Origin: an uncultured archaeon
Lineage (GTDB): Archaea; Asgardarchaeota; Lokiarchaeia; Sigyniarchaeales; SOKP01
DNA: 64,000 nucleotides
Assembly (NCBI GenBank): GCA_964583985.1
Contig: CAZOYD010000001.1
Span: forward strand, 67,532 to 131,531
Reading direction: 5' to 3'
The notes beneath the pieces were generated by a model, which was given only the letters and a program-made list of their open reading frames with translations, did not search any database and was not told where the DNA came from. Below, one piece after another: positions 60,306 to 64,000 of this stretch (within the stretch, counting starts at the first letter, position 1; the number at the start of each line of letters is the position of its first letter). Position numbers and translations under genes: made by a program.

Positions 60306-61313
60306 TTAGAGGTTATTTGCTGTTCCTTTGACGAGTTCGATAAATTCATCTTCGTTATCTATATTTTCTAAATCTCTAACTTTTACAATTGGTATGACGT
60401 TATTCTTAGTAGTATCAGATACGTTAATGTCATTGTTTATAATTAAAAGACTTTTTTTTTGAAACAGATTTGTAAATATTTTCAAGCAATTTAAATTGAT
60501 TTCAGAAATTTTTTTCTGTTCTTCAGAGATCCCAGAAAAGATAGGATAGATATTGACTTGTTTTTCAGAAGATGAATAAATTGAAAATTTGAACGGGATG
60601 GGTCCCTTACTATACCAGTATGTTGACATTCCAATATCCTCAATTACGTCATTGATATGAGCTTCAAAAGGATTTAAATCTTTTTCTTCCCCAATAGTTG
60701 ATTCTTGAAATTTGAATTTTATTTTCCAACTAAAAGGGTCCATTCTTTTTAGGATCATATTATCGTGTAATGTTTCAAGAATTTTTAAAGCAATACTTTC
60801 CGATGGTCTCATGCTGTCATTTTCATAAGCACATACGGTTCTTTTCGTAACTCCCAACTTTTCAGAGAGTTCTTTTCTTGAAATTGATTCTGATTCTCGT
60901 TTAAATTTCATTAATTGCCCATCCAAGAAGATAATGCCCCCTCCTCGCCTTGCTAAGATGTAGGGATAGTCATCATGTTCGATTATTTTTTGAAATGTAT
61001 TCATTGAAATAAAGGGTAATCCATATCGCATATAGACGGAATTATCCTCTAATTGTTGATACCTATTTCTAAGTCCAATCAATAATGGTTTTGATTTGAG
61101 TAATAATGATAGTGATTTAATGTCATTTACTAATTCAATATTAAGATTATCGATATTTGGAAATATTTTAACACTAAAAATAGAGTCTTTTTTTTTTGCT
61201 AGTAAATCAAAACAAAATTTATTCTTCTTATCGTTAAAATTATCAAGCAAAAAAGTCTCAAAATTAGCTTTTAGTAATATGGTATTAATTTTTTCAATAA
61301 TTTCACTAATCAT
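60306..61313 (-). CDS. Archaeal XRE-HTH transcriptional regulator (COG1395-like)
   Basis: CFDLLAKK, LEDNSVYMRYG, ARRGG, SRKELSEKLGVTKRTVCAYEN HTH. Confidence 0.82.
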   Translation of the reverse strand: MISEIIEKINTILLKANFETFLLDNFNDKKNKFCFDLLAKKKDSIFSVKIFPNIDNLNIELVNDIKSLSLLLKSKPLLIGLRNRYQQLEDNSVYMRYGLPFISMNTFQKIIEHDDYPYILARRGGGIIFLDGQLMKFKRESESISRKELSEKLGVTKRTVCAYENDSMRPSESIALKILETLHDNMILKRMDPFSWKIKFKFQESTIGEEKDLNPFEAHINDVIEDIGMSTYWYSKGPIPFKFSIYSSSEKQVNIYPIFSGISEEQKKISEINLNCLKIFTNLFQKKSLLIINNDINVSDTTKNNVIPIVKVRDLENIDNEDEFIELVKGTANNL

Positions 61314-61376
61314 AATATCGGCATTATATGAAATACAAAACTCTTAAAAAAATATCTGATTAAGAATAATTACGAA

Positions 61377-61958
61377 TTACCTGAGTGTTAATTTAAGAAA
61401 ATTCGAATCTGTAATGATCCCGAGGTATTCATCAAATTCTTTCACTAATACAGCTGAATATTTCACTAATAGGTTTGAAATATCCTTTACACTCCAAGTT
61501 TTTTCAACTTCAGGAAAAGGTAATTCCTTAAAATTCATAACATTGATATTAATTAACTCTGGATTTTCAATGATGAGTTTTTGTATTTTTTTGGAAGTTA
61601 TACTCCCTAGATTCTGCCCATTATTCCCTATTATTGGTATTTGGGAAATACTATATTTATTCATTATTTCCATCGCATCTTTCATTGTTGAATTTGAATT
61701 AATGCTATAAATTTGTTTTGTCATAATATCCGAAGCAATATTTTCTGTTTGTTCTCTCTTTCTACGTTCTTTTTCTAAAAATTCATATATCTTTTTAAAT
61801 TTAGAATAAGGAGGATCCATTGTCTCATTTTCAATTCGAGAGACGGTTGATTGGGGGATTTTTAAGATTTTGCCAAGTTCTTTTTGGCTGATATTCAATG
61901 ATTTCCTTAGACTCTTGATTTCATTTAGTTCTGGTAAATTATTCATTACTAATTCCAT
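61377..61958 (-). CDS. HTH-XRE + tandem CBS domain regulator (COG3620-like)
   Basis: ISQKELGKILKIPQSTVSRIE, DPPYSK, ISQIPI, GIITDSN. Confidence 0.85.
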   Translation of the reverse strand: MELVMNNLPELNEIKSLRKSLNISQKELGKILKIPQSTVSRIENETMDPPYSKFKKIYEFLEKERRKREQTENIASDIMTKQIYSINSNSTMKDAMEIMNKYSISQIPIIGNNGQNLGSITSKKIQKLIIENPELININVMNFKELPFPEVEKTWSVKDISNLLVKYSAVLVKEFDEYLGIITDSNFLKLTLR

Positions 61959-62108
61959 TTATCCATAAAATTTATTTAGTATAATCTGAACGCATAAAAA
62001 ATGCTGCAGAGTTATTTTCATTTCAATAATTATTAAATAAGCTCATTAATTTAAAAACGTAGTTAATATTTAAACATCGTTATAGATAGAAGAACTTGGT
62101 TTAGCAAT

Positions 62109-63350
62109 ATGTTAAAAATTACAAATGCAAATTTTTTACCAATCGAAAAAAGTGAAAATCCAGAAATAGTTGAAAGAAAGGGTATAGGGCATCCAGATTC
62201 CGTATGTGATGCTGTCGCGGATGCTTGCTCAAGAGCGTTATGTGCATATTATTTGGAACATTATGATCGCGTATACCATCATAATGTTGATAAAGCAGCT
62301 TTAGTTGGAGGAACTGCGAAACCTACTTATGGTGGAGGGATGATAATTCAACCTCAATATTTTCTAATAGTAGGGAGAGCAATCAATCAGATTCTTACAC
62401 AGTGTGGAACTGAATCTAAGTTAGATTATATACCTGTTGCGACAATATGCATCGAAACCCAACGAATTGAATTAGCAAAAATTTTTAGAAATCTCGATTT
62501 AAATCGAGATATTCAATTTGATTATGCTGTTCGTCCTGGATCAATAGATTTAACAGGTGTTTTTGACTCATCACATCATTCTGAGGAGGTTCCTTTAGCA
62601 AATGATACGAGTTTTGGAGTAGGCTTTGCTCCTTTCTCTGATGTTGAGAATATAACCTTAGAAGCAGAAAGATTGCTCAATTCTGCAAAATTTAAAGATA
62701 AATGTAAGGGTTCAGGTGAAGATATCAAGGTAATGACTGAAAGAATTGGTAATAACGTAGGAATTACAATCGCAGCTGCAATGGTTAGTAAATACATACA
62801 TGATCTTGATGAATATATGAGTTATACTAATCAAATTAAAGATGCTATTTTAGATTTAGCAGCAAAATTAATTCCAGATAGAGAAGTCACTTGCCAAGTA
62901 AATGTTGGTGATAATATTGAAAAAGGATTAGTTTACCTTACAATTACAGGAACTTCTGCAGAAGCTGGTGATGATGGTGAAGTTGGTCGAGGAAATCGAT
63001 CTAATGGTTTAATCACTCCTTGTCGTACAATGAGTTTAGAAGCTGTCTGTGGAAAAAATCCTATAAATCATGTCGGAAAAATTTACAATATTTTGGCAAC
63101 GAACATGGCCAGAGCGATTGTAAAGCGGGGTGAGGGAGATATCGTTGAAGCACATGTCAAACTACTATCACAAATCGGTCGTCCCATAACTGATCCCTGG
63201 ATTAATTCAATTGAATTGATCCCAGCTGAAAATGTGAACTTTAAAAGCATAGAGAAAATAGCAGCTGAAGTAAGTGAAGAAATGCTGAGGAAAGAAAGTC
63301 TAATTGATTTGAGGAAACGATTAATAGAAGGGAAAGAGCAAGTATTTTAG
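62109..63350 (+). CDS. mat: S-adenosylmethionine synthetase (archaeal type)
   Basis: [57 protein letters not shown]. Confidence 0.96.
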   Translation: MLKITNANFLPIEKSENPEIVERKGIGHPDSVCDAVADACSRALCAYYLEHYDRVYHHNVDKAALVGGTAKPTYGGGMIIQPQYFLIVGRAINQILTQCGTESKLDYIPVATICIETQRIELAKIFRNLDLNRDIQFDYAVRPGSIDLTGVFDSSHHSEEVPLANDTSFGVGFAPFSDVENITLEAERLLNSAKFKDKCKGSGEDIKVMTERIGNNVGITIAAAMVSKYIHDLDEYMSYTNQIKDAILDLAAKLIPDREVTCQVNVGDNIEKGLVYLTITGTSAEAGDDGEVGRGNRSNGLITPCRTMSLEAVCGKNPINHVGKIYNILATNMARAIVKRGEGDIVEAHVKLLSQIGRPITDPWINSIELIPAENVNFKSIEKIAAEVSEEMLRKESLIDLRKRLIEGKEQVF

Positions 63351-63483
63351 AATTTTAAAATAAAAAAATTATTTTTTTTACTCTTTTATATATAACAATA
63401 CTATTATTTATAACAAGAATAAGTAATATTAATACATGATTTTATTTTGATCTAATAAATACTTCAAAATCAGTGATTGTGCC

Positions 63484-63759
63484 TTGAGTTTAGATAAATG
63501 GATAACAGATCCAAAAAAAATAAAAAAAAAACAAATTCCAAAAAAGGAAATTATTGAAGAGCAAATTGACGATATTAAATATCAACCATCTGAATTTGAA
63601 ACCAAGATAGACTCACAAATGCTAACCAAATTTGTACTTACGTGTTCAGATTCGAAGTGCAAGTATAAAAAAACATTAAGAAAGAAAAATCTTAAAGATA
63701 AAGATAAGACTTGCCCACGATGCAAGAAGGAAATGAAGGTTAAAATAATAACTGATTAG
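63484..63759 (+). CDS. Small basic Zn-finger protein
   Basis: CSDSKC...CPRC; Lys-rich; GTGA RBS-like motif upstream of TTG. Confidence 0.6.
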   Translation: MSLDKWITDPKKIKKKQIPKKEIIEEQIDDIKYQPSEFETKIDSQMLTKFVLTCSDSKCKYKKTLRKKNLKDKDKTCPRCKKEMKVKIITD

Positions 63760-63995
63760 TCTTCCTTCAATACATTAGGAAGGTTATCGAGATCAAATTG
63801 GGTTTCACAATTTGGGCAACGATTTTTCTTTTTACTGTATTTTAAAATGAGATATACAAAGAATCCTAATCCTGCGGTGAGAGTGACTAAGAAGCATAAA
63901 ACTTCATGATAAATGTGTTCAAAGTTTTTTCGCCTTAGTTCTACATTTGCTTCACACACTGGGCAATAGACCACGTTTTTTCCCGTATTAATCAA
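63756..63995 (-). CDS. LITAF-like Zn-ribbon membrane-anchored protein (5' end may lie outside the window)
   Basis: CPVC, a hydrophobic stretch of about 20 aa, then CPNC. Confidence 0.6.
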   Translation of the reverse strand: MINTGKNVVYCPVCEANVELRRKNFEHIYHEVLCFLVTLTAGLGFFVYLILKYSKKKNRCPNCETQFDLDNLPNVLKED

Positions 63996-64000
63996 CCAAA

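Noticed and set aside
1-64000. CRISPR arrays, rRNA genes, transposases, inteins
   Set aside because: No regularly spaced repeats, long GC-rich structural RNA, transposase motifs or oversized proteins with intein termini were seen.

Overview
AT-rich (about 30% GC by eye), gene-dense archaeal chromosome segment, most consistent with an Asgard archaeon (Lokiarchaeia-like). It has archaeal information-processing genes plus a profilin, a JAMM/MPN protein and a LITAF-like protein. Mostly core genes: pyrC, srp54, aIF5A, nadK, nob1, fen1, cdc48, HerA-like ATPase, PPi-type PFK, a four-subunit 2-oxoacid:ferredoxin oxidoreductase, t6A/KEOPS genes, an ECF module, the proteasome/exosome superoperon (split by a two-gene insertion), tfb, rpl2, gatDE, elp3, pyrDK, nop5-fibrillarin, rnhB and mat. 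Four tRNA genes carry five introns between them, three in a single tRNA-Lys(CUU). The top finding is a 30-nt, stop-containing, bulge-helix-bulge-type intron inside the catalytic DEAGR|GP motif of the protein-coding gene rnhB (RNase HII); removing it restores the enzyme exactly. The second is a tandem pair of RHH-HisKA-REC regulators lacking an ATPase domain, divergent from tfb. Several genes appear to use non-AUG starts (AUU/AUA/AUC). No CRISPR array, rRNA or integrase/transposase was seen. All family calls are from motif recognition by eye; no searches were run.
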